A DNA stretch of 52,389 bases from Oscillospiraceae bacterium. Lineage in GTDB: Bacteria > Bacillota > Clostridia > Oscillospirales > CAG-272. The stretch covers positions 1 to 52,389 of the forward strand of contig SVSC01000003.1 in the NCBI GenBank assembly GCA_015064525.1, given 5' to 3'. The first letter of the stretch is position 1. Each line of letters begins with the position of its first letter. Shown piece by piece: positions 6,968 to 17,085 of this stretch. A model generated the notes under the pieces. The model did no database searches and was not told the origin of the DNA. It was given only the letters and a program-made list of their open reading frames with translations. Position numbers and translations under genes: made by a program.

Positions 6968-8938
6968 ATGAAAAAACGTACATTCTTTACATCCATTCTG
7001 ACGCTCGTGCTGTGTATCTCTCTGATCCTTGGTTCCACCTACGCGCTTTTATCCAGTCGCTATGTGTTTAACATTGCCATTGGGTCGGGTGGTAAGGTGG
7101 ATCTCACCGCATGGCTTCAGAACCTGAAGCTCTATTCCATGGACGAGCCTCAGGTTGACCGATTTGCCAACGGAGGCACCGCCACGGTGAAGGACGGTCT
7201 TCTGGATATCAACCTGATCACCCCCGGTGATAAGGTGACGGTGGAGATCGCGGTGGAGAATCGCAGTAGTGTCAGTTTGAAATATCGCCTTGTGGTGAAA
7301 ACGGAGGGTGAGCTTGCCGCGGCGCTCGTTTGCAGGGTTACCATTGACGGCAAGGATTATGTAATTGATAATACCCATCGCTCCACACCTTGGACGTGGG
7401 TTGCGTCCCGTGCCGCAATTCCCTCGGATGGCAAGCCCCTGGAGCTTTCCATTGAGCTTCCCGAGGAGGTGGAGAACACCTTTGAAAGTCTCCACGCTTC
7501 CTATTCCATCGCGCTGGAGGCAGTACAGGGCAACGCCCAGATTTGGGACGGTACCGCTGAAACCCAGTGGTATGACGGCAATGCAAGTCTGCTGGAGATC
7601 CGCAGCGCGCAGGATCTGGCGGGAATCGCCGAGATTCTTTCCAAGGATGCCAATAGCTTGAACGGCAAAACCCTCAAGCTGATGAATGACATTGATCTTG
7701 CGGGTCACCCGTGGACACCCATTCACATTCAGAGTGGCTCGAATTCCAAGATCGTGATCGACGGTAATCAGAAAACCTTGACTGGTCTTTACGTGGAAGG
7801 AGGCTCGCAATGCGCCTTTATCGGCAGCAGTGATGCCGAGCTTACCATTCGTAATTTGACCTTTAACGGAGCGAACGTTCACGGAACGGGGAACACCGCT
7901 GTGGTGATCGGCACGCAAAAGGGAACCGTTTCGCTGGAAAACGTTGACGTGATCAACAGCACCGTTGCGGGAACCGAAGCGGGCGTTGGCGCTTTGGTGG
8001 GCGTATCCCTTCAAAACGAGGGCGCAACGCTGAAGCTGGATGGCTGTGACGTGAAGAACACGGCTGTGATCGGTCTTCATGCGGTCGGCGCGCTGGTTGG
8101 CGCAACCGGCAGTGCGGATGCCTCCGGGATGCAGGTGAAGAACTGCGTTTCCGAGGCGACGGTGGTTTACACCTCCACCGCAGGTGTTGGCGGCCATCAG
8201 ATTGCCGCAGGCGTTGACGGATACCAAACCGCGGGCTTCACCGGTGAAAACAACACCGAGAACAGCAGCGTTGTGGCAAAAGCTGCCAACGTTCTCTACA
8301 CCGCCGAGGATCTCTTTGCTTTCGCAAAGCGTGTGAACAGCGGCGATGCCATGGCTGGCGAAACCGTTACGTTGGGACATGATATCGACCTTCGCGAGGA
8401 GGCATGGACGCCCATTGGATCGGGTGACACTCGGTTTATGGGAACCTTCGACGGTATGGGACACACTATCCGCAATCTGGACGTGACCTGCAGTGAAAAC
8501 GGCGGCTTGTTCGGAAGGGTTTATCAGGGCGTTGTGAAGAATTTGGTTCTTGAAAACGTTGTGATCTACAGCGGTCGTTATGCAGGCGCCGTTGCGGCCC
8601 AGGCGATTGGCGACATTCTGGATTGCACCGTGAAGAACGCGCATATCGTATGCTATGATCTGAATCCCGACCCCGTAAGTGGCAAGGGCGATAAGGTTGG
8701 CGGCGTGGTAGGCTACGTTGCCGACGAGGGCTTTGGCTCCGAGGTTCGCGGAAATACCGTGACCGACACCTACGTTTCCGGAAACCGTGATCTGGGTCAA
8801 CTGGTAGGTTACGCTGAGAACGGCGTGAACGTCAGCTCCAACGTGGTTGAGGGCGTGATTGTCACCTGCAACGGCTACACCAAGGGTGTACCTGCGGCAG
8901 ACCTGAATATCGGCGGTTCTGTTGGAAACAGAGATTAA
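6968..8938 (+). CDS. TasA/CalY N-terminal domain fused to two GLUG/beta-helix-like passenger modules (putative tip adhesin)
   Basis: Signal ...GSTYALLS; ITPGD, EAVQ; two DIDL...WTPI...DG modules with VGALVG/GGLFG/VGGVVG repeats. Confidence 0.8.
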   Translation: MKKRTFFTSILTLVLCISLILGSTYALLSSRYVFNIAIGSGGKVDLTAWLQNLKLYSMDEPQVDRFANGGTATVKDGLLDINLITPGDKVTVEIAVENRSSVSLKYRLVVKTEGELAAALVCRVTIDGKDYVIDNTHRSTPWTWVASRAAIPSDGKPLELSIELPEEVENTFESLHASYSIALEAVQGNAQIWDGTAETQWYDGNASLLEIRSAQDLAGIAEILSKDANSLNGKTLKLMNDIDLAGHPWTPIHIQSGSNSKIVIDGNQKTLTGLYVEGGSQCAFIGSSDAELTIRNLTFNGANVHGTGNTAVVIGTQKGTVSLENVDVINSTVAGTEAGVGALVGVSLQNEGATLKLDGCDVKNTAVIGLHAVGALVGATGSADASGMQVKNCVSEATVVYTSTAGVGGHQIAAGVDGYQTAGFTGENNTENSSVVAKAANVLYTAEDLFAFAKRVNSGDAMAGETVTLGHDIDLREEAWTPIGSGDTRFMGTFDGMGHTIRNLDVTCSENGGLFGRVYQGVVKNLVLENVVIYSGRYAGAVAAQAIGDILDCTVKNAHIVCYDLNPDPVSGKGDKVGGVVGYVADEGFGSEVRGNTVTDTYVSGNRDLGQLVGYAENGVNVSSNVVEGVIVTCNGYTKGVPAADLNIGGSVGNRD

Positions 8939-8947
8939 CGAATCATA

Positions 8948-8985
8948 AAAGCTCCCCGCACCGTTTTAACGGTGCGGGGAGCTTT
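8948..8985. terminator. Bidirectional terminator between convergent genes
   Basis: aaagctccccgcaccgtt / aacggtgcggggagcttt perfect stem. Confidence 0.85.
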
Positions 8986-9010
8986 GTTAGGTTCTATAAC
9001 TTATGAAGGA

Positions 9011-10747
9011 TCAATCGTCCTCAATTGCCGCGTGACGGGTGTTTACGCTGTGGAAGAATTCGGTGTCGAATTTCTTTTCCCGATTGTAGGTGTAAATGCC
9101 GTTCACCTCTTGCTCCACGTCGGTGAGCTGGGTGTAGCAGAAGCCAAACATCTGGGGATTATCCAAAAGCTGATCGGTGAGCGCCTTGTAGCGGGTTTTG
9201 AATTCCTGCTCGGTGGTGGGAGCGTTGCCGTAGCCCCAGGCGTTCGCCTCGTTGGAGTTGATATCCCATTTGATTCCGCCGTATTCGCTCACAAACATTG
9301 CCATGCCATTTTCGTAGCGGCAGGCAGGATGATTGTGGTGGTGGCGACTGCGCTTGCGGTGATTTTCAATGCACTTGTCCACGGGAAGCGCTGCAACCTC
9401 GGCAAAGCAAGCGGAATCCTGGCTGTAGTCGTGAATGTCATAGATGTCGGTCTCGATGTGGATGCCGCCGCTGGTATCAATGCAGGGACGGGTGGGGTCG
9501 GTGAGAACCGTCATGCGATAGATGGTGCGAAGGATGCTCTCATAGAGGGCTTTGTTAGAGGGATCCCAGGTTTCGTTGAGGGGACACCAGCCAACGATGG
9601 CGGGATGATTGTAGTCCCGATCCAAAATTTCGCGCCATTCGTCCACCAAGGGTAGGGCGCTGTTGGGGTTGGTAAAGTCGATGCCCCAGTTGGCGTATTC
9701 ACCCCAAACAATGTATCCCAAGCGGTCACAATGGTAGAGGAAGCGGGGCTCAAACACCTTTTGGTGCAGGCGGGCGCCGTTGAAGCCTGCCTCCATGGAA
9801 AGGTGGATATCGCGGATCAGCGCCTCCTCGGAGGGGGCGGTGTAGATGCCGTCGGGGTAGAAGCCCTGATCCAGCACCAAGCGCTGGAAAACCGATTTTC
9901 CGTTGATCAGGAAGCGGAAGCCGTCCAGCTGCAGATGCCGCATACCGAAGTAGGAGCTAACGCGATCCTCGCCGTAGGTCAGCTTCAGATCATAGAGTCT
10001 GCCGTTGCCAACCTCCCAAAGGTGCAGCTCGGAGAGGGGAAGCAGCGTTTTTACGTTACCGCCGAGGGGGGCGGAGAGGGTGATTTTTCCAACCGAGCTA
10101 CCATCGTAGAACGCCTCGGCGGTCAATTCTCCTCCACCAATCAGGTCAGCCTCAAGGGCGAGGGTGCTGTTGTGGATATCGGGGGTAAGACGGATCTTTT
10201 TAATGTAGCTGTTGGGAACGTATTCCATCCAAACGGTCTGCCAAATACCCGTGGTGCGGGTGTAGGAGCAGCCTTGGGAGTGATAAGCCTGGCATTGCTT
10301 GCCGCTGCCAATGGTGGTGTCGCGGGTGTTGTCGATGGCGCAAACGCAAAGGCTGTTCACGCCTTCGGTCAAGCCGTTGGTGATGTCCACGGTGAAGGAA
10401 ACGTAGCCTCCCTTGTGGAAGCCCATCTGAACCCCGTTGAGAAAGATCCGAGCCTCATAGTCCACCGCGCCAAAGTGGAGCAGCACTCTGCCGTTTTTCC
10501 AGTCCTCGGGAACGGTAAGATCTCTGCGATACCAAACGCAGTTGAGAAAATCGCGGTTGCCCACGCCCGAAAGGGGGCTTTCGGGGCAGAAGGGAACGGT
10601 GATTTCGGAGGCGAGGTGGGGCTTCTGATAGAGCGCGCGATCTAAGCCGCTGGCGCTCAGGTCAAGCTCAAATTCCCATTGTCCGTTTAAATTGATCCAA
10701 TTCTCGCGTTCAAATTGCGGATTGGGATGTTCTTGTCTTGGAATCAT
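9011..10747 (-). CDS. Glycoside hydrolase family 2 (beta-galactosidase/beta-glucuronidase-like)
   Basis: LNGQWEF, LHFGAVDY, GIWQTVW, RLHQK, WCPLNE (acid/base) and SEYGG (nucleophile) motifs. Confidence 0.9.
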   Translation of the reverse strand: MIPRQEHPNPQFERENWINLNGQWEFELDLSASGLDRALYQKPHLASEITVPFCPESPLSGVGNRDFLNCVWYRRDLTVPEDWKNGRVLLHFGAVDYEARIFLNGVQMGFHKGGYVSFTVDITNGLTEGVNSLCVCAIDNTRDTTIGSGKQCQAYHSQGCSYTRTTGIWQTVWMEYVPNSYIKKIRLTPDIHNSTLALEADLIGGGELTAEAFYDGSSVGKITLSAPLGGNVKTLLPLSELHLWEVGNGRLYDLKLTYGEDRVSSYFGMRHLQLDGFRFLINGKSVFQRLVLDQGFYPDGIYTAPSEEALIRDIHLSMEAGFNGARLHQKVFEPRFLYHCDRLGYIVWGEYANWGIDFTNPNSALPLVDEWREILDRDYNHPAIVGWCPLNETWDPSNKALYESILRTIYRMTVLTDPTRPCIDTSGGIHIETDIYDIHDYSQDSACFAEVAALPVDKCIENHRKRSRHHHNHPACRYENGMAMFVSEYGGIKWDINSNEANAWGYGNAPTTEQEFKTRYKALTDQLLDNPQMFGFCYTQLTDVEQEVNGIYTYNREKKFDTEFFHSVNTRHAAIEDD

Positions 10748-10784
10748 AGTGAAAACTCCTTTGATATGAATAAGATAGACGTAA

Positions 10785-11231
10785 TTATTCGTTTTCTTTC
10801 AAGCTGTCGGCAAAGGCGGTGGCAAGGCGATCGCATCGCTCATTGTAGGGATGCCCCGCGTGCCCCTTTACCCAAACGGTTGTCACCCGATGGAGCTCGG
10901 TTAAACGGAGCAGCTGCTCCCATAAATCGGGATTCAGAGCAGGCTTGTTGTCGCTTTTTTTCCAGCCGCGCGCGCGCCAGGAAGCTGCCCATCCCTTTTC
11001 CAAGGCTTCTATCACGTATTTGGAATCGGAGGTGAGGGTAACCTCGCAGGGCTCTTTGAGGGCGGAAAGGGCGCTGATCACGGCGGAAAGCTCCATTCGA
11101 TTGTTGGTGGTAAGCCTTTCGCCGCCGCTCAGCTCCTTTTCCACGCCGTTGTAGACCAGTACCGCGCCCCAGCCTCCAACTCCGGGATTGCCGCGGCAGG
11201 AGCCGTCGGTATAAATATCAACGTGTTTCAT
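10785..11231 (-). CDS. rnhA: Ribonuclease HI
   Basis: [35 protein letters not shown]...NERCD. Confidence 0.97.
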   Translation of the reverse strand: MKHVDIYTDGSCRGNPGVGGWGAVLVYNGVEKELSGGERLTTNNRMELSAVISALSALKEPCEVTLTSDSKYVIEALEKGWAASWRARGWKKSDNKPALNPDLWEQLLRLTELHRVTTVWVKGHAGHPYNERCDRLATAFADSLKENE

Positions 11232-11447
11232 AGAACTTCCTTATCATGGTCATATTCTCACCTATTATATCACATTTTTTCCCTGTTTTCAAGCAAAAAA
11301 AGAAAAATATTTACAATCGAGCGGTCTTTTTTTGAAAAAGCTCTTGCATATTTGTTAATTTTTGTTTATAATAAAGGGGTAGGCTCCTGCGAAAAATCAC
11401 GAAAAAGGCGTTTTTTGAGGAGAATCACAAAAAGAACGGAGAAAAAT

Positions 11448-12341
11448 ATGGCAACCGAAAAGAAAAAGAGAAGATGGCGGTGGGGCGACCGCGCCGACGG
11501 CTATAAGCTTCGTACCATCAACCCCATGAATAAATTCATGCCCTACATCATGCCGCAGCGCTGTGACGCCTGCAATACCTATTCGGATATGTTCGACGTG
11601 ACCAAAACCGATAAGTTTTGCAGAGAGAAGGTTCGCGCCGGAAAAACCAATTTCGGTTTTTTACACATTATGCTTGCCGCGTACGTTCGCGCCATTTCCC
11701 AGCGCCCCGGCATCAACCGTTTTGTGAGCGGTCAGAAGATCTACGCCAGAAAAAATATTCAGATCGTGATGACCATCAAGAAGACCTTGGCGCTGGATTC
11801 TCCCGACACCTGCATCAAGGTGGAGTTCAACCCCGACGACACGGTGGATGAGATCTACGAAAAGTTCAACGCTGCCGTGGTGAAGGTGCAGAACGCCCCG
11901 GAGGATAAGACCTCCTTTGACAAGCTGAACAAGGTGCTTTCCCTGATTCCCGGACTTCTTTGCCGCTGGACGGTGAAGGTTTTGGCATTCCTGGATTATT
12001 TCGGCTTGCTTCCCAAATGGCTCACCAATCTGAGCCCCTTCCACGGATCTATGATCATCACCAGCATGGGATCCTTGGGAATTCGCCCCATCTATCATCA
12101 TATCTACAATTTCGGAAATCTGCCTGTGTTTATTGCCTACGGCGGAAGACGGTCGGTGGTGTCCTGCGATCGTGACGGCAAGGTAAACACCAAGAAATAC
12201 ATTGAGATGAAGGTGGTAACCGACGAGCGTATTTGCGACGGCTACTACTATGCCTCCGCCTTCAAGATCATCAAGCGCCACGTGGAAAACCCTGAGCTGC
12301 TGGACGTGAAGCCCGAGCAGGTGTTTGAGGATATTGACTAA
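11448..12341 (+). CDS. Stand-alone 2-oxoacid dehydrogenase E2/CAT-like acyltransferase catalytic domain
   Basis: P.INRF, GS.IITSMGSLG, C-terminal DERICDG (canonical DHRxxDG); no lipoyl domain. Confidence 0.75.
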   Translation: MATEKKKRRWRWGDRADGYKLRTINPMNKFMPYIMPQRCDACNTYSDMFDVTKTDKFCREKVRAGKTNFGFLHIMLAAYVRAISQRPGINRFVSGQKIYARKNIQIVMTIKKTLALDSPDTCIKVEFNPDDTVDEIYEKFNAAVVKVQNAPEDKTSFDKLNKVLSLIPGLLCRWTVKVLAFLDYFGLLPKWLTNLSPFHGSMIITSMGSLGIRPIYHHIYNFGNLPVFIAYGGRRSVVSCDRDGKVNTKKYIEMKVVTDERICDGYYYASAFKIIKRHVENPELLDVKPEQVFEDID

Positions 12342-12354
12342 ACCAAGAATGAAT

Positions 12355-12386
12355 CGCGCCCCCTCTCCCAACGGAGAGGGGGCGCG
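12355..12386. terminator. Hairpin between convergent genes
   Basis: cgcgccccctctcc / ggagagggggcgcg perfect stem. Confidence 0.75.
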
Positions 12387-12397
12387 GAGCGTTTTTC

Positions 12398-15034
12398 TTA
12401 CTTTTTGATCGCTCTTTGGATCAGCTTCACGATCTCCACAATCGGGATCACAAGGAAGCCAAGCACAGCTGCGATAAGATACTCGGTCAGGTCAACGGAA
12501 ACAAAGCCGAATGCCTTGGCGAGGAAGGGAATCTCGCATACCAGCGTGGTGGCAACCAGGGAGCCGAACGCGGCAAGGTAAAGCACCTTGTTGTGGGTGT
12601 TCATTCTGAGGAGACTGCCTCTCTGAGAGCGCATGTTCAAGCTATGGAAGATCTCGGCCATGGACATGGTGAGGAACGCCATGGTCATGCCGTGGTCGCT
12701 GTTGGTGATTGCCCAGTTGCCTGCCTCCAAGCGGTGTCCCACAAAGTAGGAGATCAGCACCAGAACGGCAACCATCAAGCCCTGATAGATCACGTCGAAG
12801 CCCATGCCGTCGGAGAAGATGCCCGATTTTGCCTCGCGGGGCTTCCGCTTCATCACGTCTGCCTCTGCTTTTTCCATGCCCAGCGCAAGGGCGGGAAGGC
12901 TGTCGGTAACCAGATTGATCCACAGCAGGTGTACGGGCTTGAGAATGGTGAAGCCCATCAGCGTTGCGGTGAAGATGCTGATCACCTCGCTCATGTTGGA
13001 GCCCAGCAGGAATTGAATTGCCTTTCGGATGTTATCGTAGATGCGGCGACCCTCCTCAACGGCGCCAACGATGGTGGCGAAGTTGTCGTCTGCCAGCACC
13101 ATGTCGGCAACGTTCTTGGTAACGTCGGTACCCGTGATGCCCATGCCAACGCCGATGTCGGCGGACTTAATGGAGGGAGCGTCGTTCACGCCGTCACCGG
13201 TCATGGCGGTCACAAAGCCTGCGCCTCTCCATGCGTTGACGATACGGGTCTTATGCTCGGGCTGAACACGGGCATAAACGCTGATCTCGCGGAACTGCTG
13301 CTCAAACTCCTCGTCGCTCATTTCGCTGAGCTGAGAGCCCGTCACGGCGCGGCTGGTTTCGGTCATAATGCCCAGCTCCTTGGCAATTGCCACGGCGGTG
13401 TCGATGTGGTCGCCCGTGATCATGATGGGACGGATGCCCGCGCTGCGGCACTCTACGATCGCGTCCTTCACCTCGGGACGAACGGGGTCGATCATACCGC
13501 ACAGACCCACGAAGCAGAGCTGATTCTCCAGAGCTTCGGGCTCGAAGGATGCGGGCTTTTCGGAATAGGTGCGTTGCGCGCAGGCAAGCACGCGAAGCGC
13601 CTTGTCTGCCATGCTCTTGTTAGCGTTTAGAATCTCGGCGGCATACGCCTCGGTCATGGGAGTGGGCTTGCCGTCCTTGAGATAGTGGGTGCAAAGGCCA
13701 ACCACCACGTCGGGCGCGCCCTTGGTGAACTGAATGAAGGAGTCGTTGTCGGCGTGAACGGTGGACATCATTTTTCTTCCCGAATCAAAGGGAGCTTCTC
13801 CGCAGCGGGGGAGCTTGCCCTTCAGGTCGTTCTTGTTGAGGCTCAGCTTATTTGCCCAAGCAACCAGAGCCGCCTCGGTGGGCTCACCCGTCACGTTACC
13901 GTCGTTGTCCAGCTCGGCGTCACAGCAGAGCGCCATAGCGGTTGCCAGATGATTTTCGTCCTCGCCAAAGCGGTCTACCACCGTCATTTTGTTTTGGGTG
14001 AGGGTACCTGTTTTGTCGGAGCAAATGATCTGCGCGCAGCCAAGGGTCTCCACAGCGGTGAGCTTGCGGATAATGGCGTTGCGCTTGGACATATTGGTAA
14101 CACCGATGGAAAGCACCACGGTAACCACCGCGGCAAGACCCTCGGGAATGGCGGCAACCGCCAAAGAAACGGCTACCATAAAGGAAGGAAGCACCACCTC
14201 GGTAAATCCGATGGTTTCGGCGGTGAGCAGCTGCACGCCAAAGATCACCACGCAGATGCCCAGCACCAGCCAGGTGAGAATTTTGGAAAGCTGACCCAGC
14301 TTGATCTGCAGGGGAGTTTGTCCCTCCTCTGCCTTTGCCAGCGCGTCGGCAATCTTACCCATTTCGGTGTCCATGCCCGTGGCGGTCACCACAACGGTGC
14401 CTCTGCCGTAAACCACGGTGGAGCCCATATAAACCATGTTCTTGCGGTCACCGAGGGAAACGTCCTTGGCGTTGTCGGCAAGCTCGATGACCTCTGCCAT
14501 TTTGGTAACGGGAACCGATTCACCCGTGAGTGCCGCCTCCTCGATTTTCAGGCTGGCATTCTCCAGAATACGAGCATCGGCGGGAACGGCGTCGCCTGCC
14601 TCCAGAAGCACCACGTCGCCAACCACCAGATCCTCGGAGTGAACGATCCGCAGAACGCCGTCACGCAGAACCTTTGAGGTTGCGGCTGACATTTCCTGCA
14701 GGGCTTCGATTGCCTTTTCCGCCTTGCTCTCCTGATAAACGCCGAGAATTGCGTTGATCAATACAACAGCGAGAATGATGATTACATCGGCAAAGCCCTC
14801 GCCCTCATAAACCGCCAAAACGCCGCTGATGGCTGCCGCAACCAGCAGAATGATGATCATGGGGTCGGAGATCTGCTCCAGGAATCTGCGAAGCAGGGAC
14901 TTGCCCTTTGCCGCTGCCAAGCGGTTCTTGCCGTTTGCCTCCAGCCGCTTCGCTGCCTCCTCGGAGGTGAGACCGTTTTCCGTTGCGTTGAGTTGCTTGA
15001 GTACTTCTTCTTTTTCGGTACAGTAGAACTTCAT
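12398..15034 (-). CDS. P-type (IIA-like) cation-translocating ATPase, Ca2+/Mn2+ exporter-like
   Basis: LTGES, IPEGL, DKTGTLT, KGAP, MITGD and TGDGVNDAP motifs. Confidence 0.95.
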   Translation of the reverse strand: MKFYCTEKEEVLKQLNATENGLTSEEAAKRLEANGKNRLAAAKGKSLLRRFLEQISDPMIIILLVAAAISGVLAVYEGEGFADVIIILAVVLINAILGVYQESKAEKAIEALQEMSAATSKVLRDGVLRIVHSEDLVVGDVVLLEAGDAVPADARILENASLKIEEAALTGESVPVTKMAEVIELADNAKDVSLGDRKNMVYMGSTVVYGRGTVVVTATGMDTEMGKIADALAKAEEGQTPLQIKLGQLSKILTWLVLGICVVIFGVQLLTAETIGFTEVVLPSFMVAVSLAVAAIPEGLAAVVTVVLSIGVTNMSKRNAIIRKLTAVETLGCAQIICSDKTGTLTQNKMTVVDRFGEDENHLATAMALCCDAELDNDGNVTGEPTEAALVAWANKLSLNKNDLKGKLPRCGEAPFDSGRKMMSTVHADNDSFIQFTKGAPDVVVGLCTHYLKDGKPTPMTEAYAAEILNANKSMADKALRVLACAQRTYSEKPASFEPEALENQLCFVGLCGMIDPVRPEVKDAIVECRSAGIRPIMITGDHIDTAVAIAKELGIMTETSRAVTGSQLSEMSDEEFEQQFREISVYARVQPEHKTRIVNAWRGAGFVTAMTGDGVNDAPSIKSADIGVGMGITGTDVTKNVADMVLADDNFATIVGAVEEGRRIYDNIRKAIQFLLGSNMSEVISIFTATLMGFTILKPVHLLWINLVTDSLPALALGMEKAEADVMKRKPREAKSGIFSDGMGFDVIYQGLMVAVLVLISYFVGHRLEAGNWAITNSDHGMTMAFLTMSMAEIFHSLNMRSQRGSLLRMNTHNKVLYLAAFGSLVATTLVCEIPFLAKAFGFVSVDLTEYLIAAVLGFLVIPIVEIVKLIQRAIKK

Positions 15035-15167
15035 GAAAAAACGCTCCTTTTTTTATTTTCCCGTGAGGGTGCGCAAATACGAACAAAGACCCATGTTGGC
15101 TTTTTGGAACACAACATAGGTCTTTTTATTGCACAAGACGTATGTATAGCCCCGGAAAAAGTTATAC

Positions 15168-15256
15168 ATGAGTCTCGCGATTTGAAGCAAGCCAGACCGC
15201 TGTAACGATCAGGATGTTGACTTACTGCGTATGGTTACCGCTCGCTACTCCCTCAT
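15168..15256 (-). promoter_or_regulatory. yybP-ykoY (Mn2+) riboswitch
   Basis: Minus strand ATGAG GGAGTA GCGA ... AGTAAGTCA ACATC ... TGGCTTGCT ... TCGC GAGA CTCAT: P1.1, L1, P1.2 and P3/L3 all form. Downstream hairpins follow, and it sits upstream of a P-type ATPase, a known context for this riboswitch. Confidence 0.9.
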
Positions 15257-15347
15257 TCGGAATTGCGACAAATATTATACCACTTTTTTTCTGATTTGTC
15301 AATGGTTTTTTAAAAATATTTTGATTTTTTTATGACATCGTTTGATG

Positions 15348-15827
15348 TTATTTGTGATATTTCGTCCCCTTGGTGATGCCGAGAGAGCGATATAGGGTCT
15401 CCAGGAGCAGGACGCGCATGAGCTGATGGGGGAAGGTGAGCTTGGAGACGGAGAGACGCAGATCGCACGCCGCCTTCACCTCCGGAGCGATGCCGTGGGA
15501 GGAGCCGATCACCAGCGCGGCGCTGCCGTGGGAGGCGGAGATTTGCTCTAATTTTTGCGCCAGCTCCTCGGAGGAAAGCTGTTTTCCCTCCACGCAAAGG
15601 GCGATCCGAAAGGCACGGGAGGGCATGGCAGCAAGGATCTGCTTCCCCTCCGCCGAGAGTGCCGCCGAGATCTGCGCCTCGGTGGGAGACTCGGGTAATT
15701 TTGTTTCCTTTAATTGAATCATTTCCAGGCGACAAAAGCCGTTCAGCCTCTTTTCATATTCGGCGCACGCCTCTCGCAGATAGCTTTCCTTCAGGGTGCC
15801 AACGGTAATCACGGTGAGATTTAGCAT
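15348..15827 (-). CDS. rlmH: 23S rRNA m3Psi1915 methyltransferase
   Basis: ITVGTLKE, EYEKRL, GKQLSSEELA, LTFPHQLMR..L.E..YR, C-terminal YHK. Confidence 0.95.
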   Translation of the reverse strand: MLNLTVITVGTLKESYLREACAEYEKRLNGFCRLEMIQLKETKLPESPTEAQISAALSAEGKQILAAMPSRAFRIALCVEGKQLSSEELAQKLEQISASHGSAALVIGSSHGIAPEVKAACDLRLSVSKLTFPHQLMRVLLLETLYRSLGITKGTKYHK

Positions 15828-16621
15828 AGCGTTCGTTCCTCCAGCTTCAATTCGGTTACCAGATCGGGGCTTGCCACCTGCAGGCGGATTTTTTCGTTGG
15901 CGAGGCTGCAGTAGCATTCGTCGAAGGCGATGTCGGGGGTGTTGTTTTCTTGGCTTAGGTGCGCCAGCAGGATGCTTTTGGTTCCGTTTTCCGCCAAACG
16001 GGCGGCAAGAGCGGCGCAATCACCGTTGGAAAGATGCCCTCGCATAGAGGCAACCCGCGCCTTCAGGTCATAAGGGTAGGGGCCTGACCACAGCATATCG
16101 GGATCGTGATTGCTTTCCAGCACCACCGCGTGGCAACCCATAAGACCTTGCTCCACCCCTTCGGTTACGTAGCCCATGTCGGTGGCGTAGCCAACGGCAA
16201 ACACGCCTGCCTCCGTGGGAATTTCAAAACGGTAGCCAACCGACCCACGGCTGTCATGGGGTGTTGGAAAGGAGGTGACACGCACATCCCCCACGGTTTC
16301 GGTGTGAATGGGGGGATGGGGACACAGATGGGGCAGAGCGGAGGGCTCGGTAGACAGCTTATAAGCGCAGGCGGCGGGAAGATGCACGGGAACGGGATGC
16401 TTTTTCAGAAAGACGGGCAGAGCCTTCACGTGGTCGGAATGCTCATGGGTAACGAAGATCGCGTTGATATCGTCGGGGCTTCTGTTGCATTGCTGAATGG
16501 CTTGGCAGAGCGCTTTGGCGCTTTTGCCACCGTCGATGAGGATGCAAACGCTTTCGGTGTCCAGGAGAAACGCGTTTCCTGTGGAGCCCGAATAAAGCGA
16601 AAACAGTCGGATTCTTCTCAT
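15821..16621 (-). CDS. MBL-fold metallo-hydrolase (YycJ/WalJ-like)
   Basis: SGSTGN, THEHSDH, PHD, ATDMG, ESNHD, GHLSN and AHLS.ENN motifs. Confidence 0.9.
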   Translation of the reverse strand: MRRIRLFSLYSGSTGNAFLLDTESVCILIDGGKSAKALCQAIQQCNRSPDDINAIFVTHEHSDHVKALPVFLKKHPVPVHLPAACAYKLSTEPSALPHLCPHPPIHTETVGDVRVTSFPTPHDSRGSVGYRFEIPTEAGVFAVGYATDMGYVTEGVEQGLMGCHAVVLESNHDPDMLWSGPYPYDLKARVASMRGHLSNGDCAALAARLAENGTKSILLAHLSQENNTPDIAFDECYCSLANEKIRLQVASPDLVTELKLEERTLC

Positions 16622-17007
16622 GAGAACCAAGCCTCGGGCAGGTTGAGGTAGACATAGTCCACCAGAAAGACCGCAAGCAGGGGAAGGATGATGAGAAGCG
16701 CCCAGCGGGAGGACTCCATGCGTCGCTTGCCGTCGGCAATGAGAAATTCGCGCTCCTCCAGAGAAAGCTCCTCGGGGAGCATATCGGCGGTTTTGTGGAG
16801 GGTGCGGAAGCCCTTGTTGTAGATCACATACCACAATGCAAGTACGGCGCCAACGCCGAGATAGATAAAGGGAAGGTGGTAGAAGCCCAACGAGGGGGCA
16901 AGATAGTAGAGGGTGCCGAACAGCAAAAGATTTGCCGCCAGAACCAGAACGAGCTGCTTTTGGCGGGTATTCTGATCGGGCTGTGGCTTTTTGGACGAGC
17001 GGTTCAC
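16618..17007 (-). CDS. Hypothetical membrane protein (about 3 TM)
   Basis: GTG start with AAGGAG RBS; hydrophobic segments; 4 bp overlap with the next gene. Confidence 0.7.
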   Translation of the reverse strand: MNRSSKKPQPDQNTRQKQLVLVLAANLLLFGTLYYLAPSLGFYHLPFIYLGVGAVLALWYVIYNKGFRTLHKTADMLPEELSLEEREFLIADGKRRMESSRWALLIILPLLAVFLVDYVYLNLPEAWFS

Positions 17008-17085
17008 GAAAAAAAGCTCCTTTCCGAGGGGATGGATTGGGAACGCACTGCCGAAGAGGACGACAGTGCGTTCATACGAAAAAAA

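Noticed and set aside
7049-8800. Long antisense ORFs (7049..8800, 12416..13630, 16795..18492, 23756..25111, 27137..28498, 44397..45842 and others)
   Set aside because: They lie opposite well-supported genes and are the shadow frames expected from GC-biased codon usage
15300-15360. rlmH 3' end as an integration site, as for SCCmec at orfX
   Set aside because: The ATPase promoter and riboswitch follow directly; no inserted element or att repeat is seen
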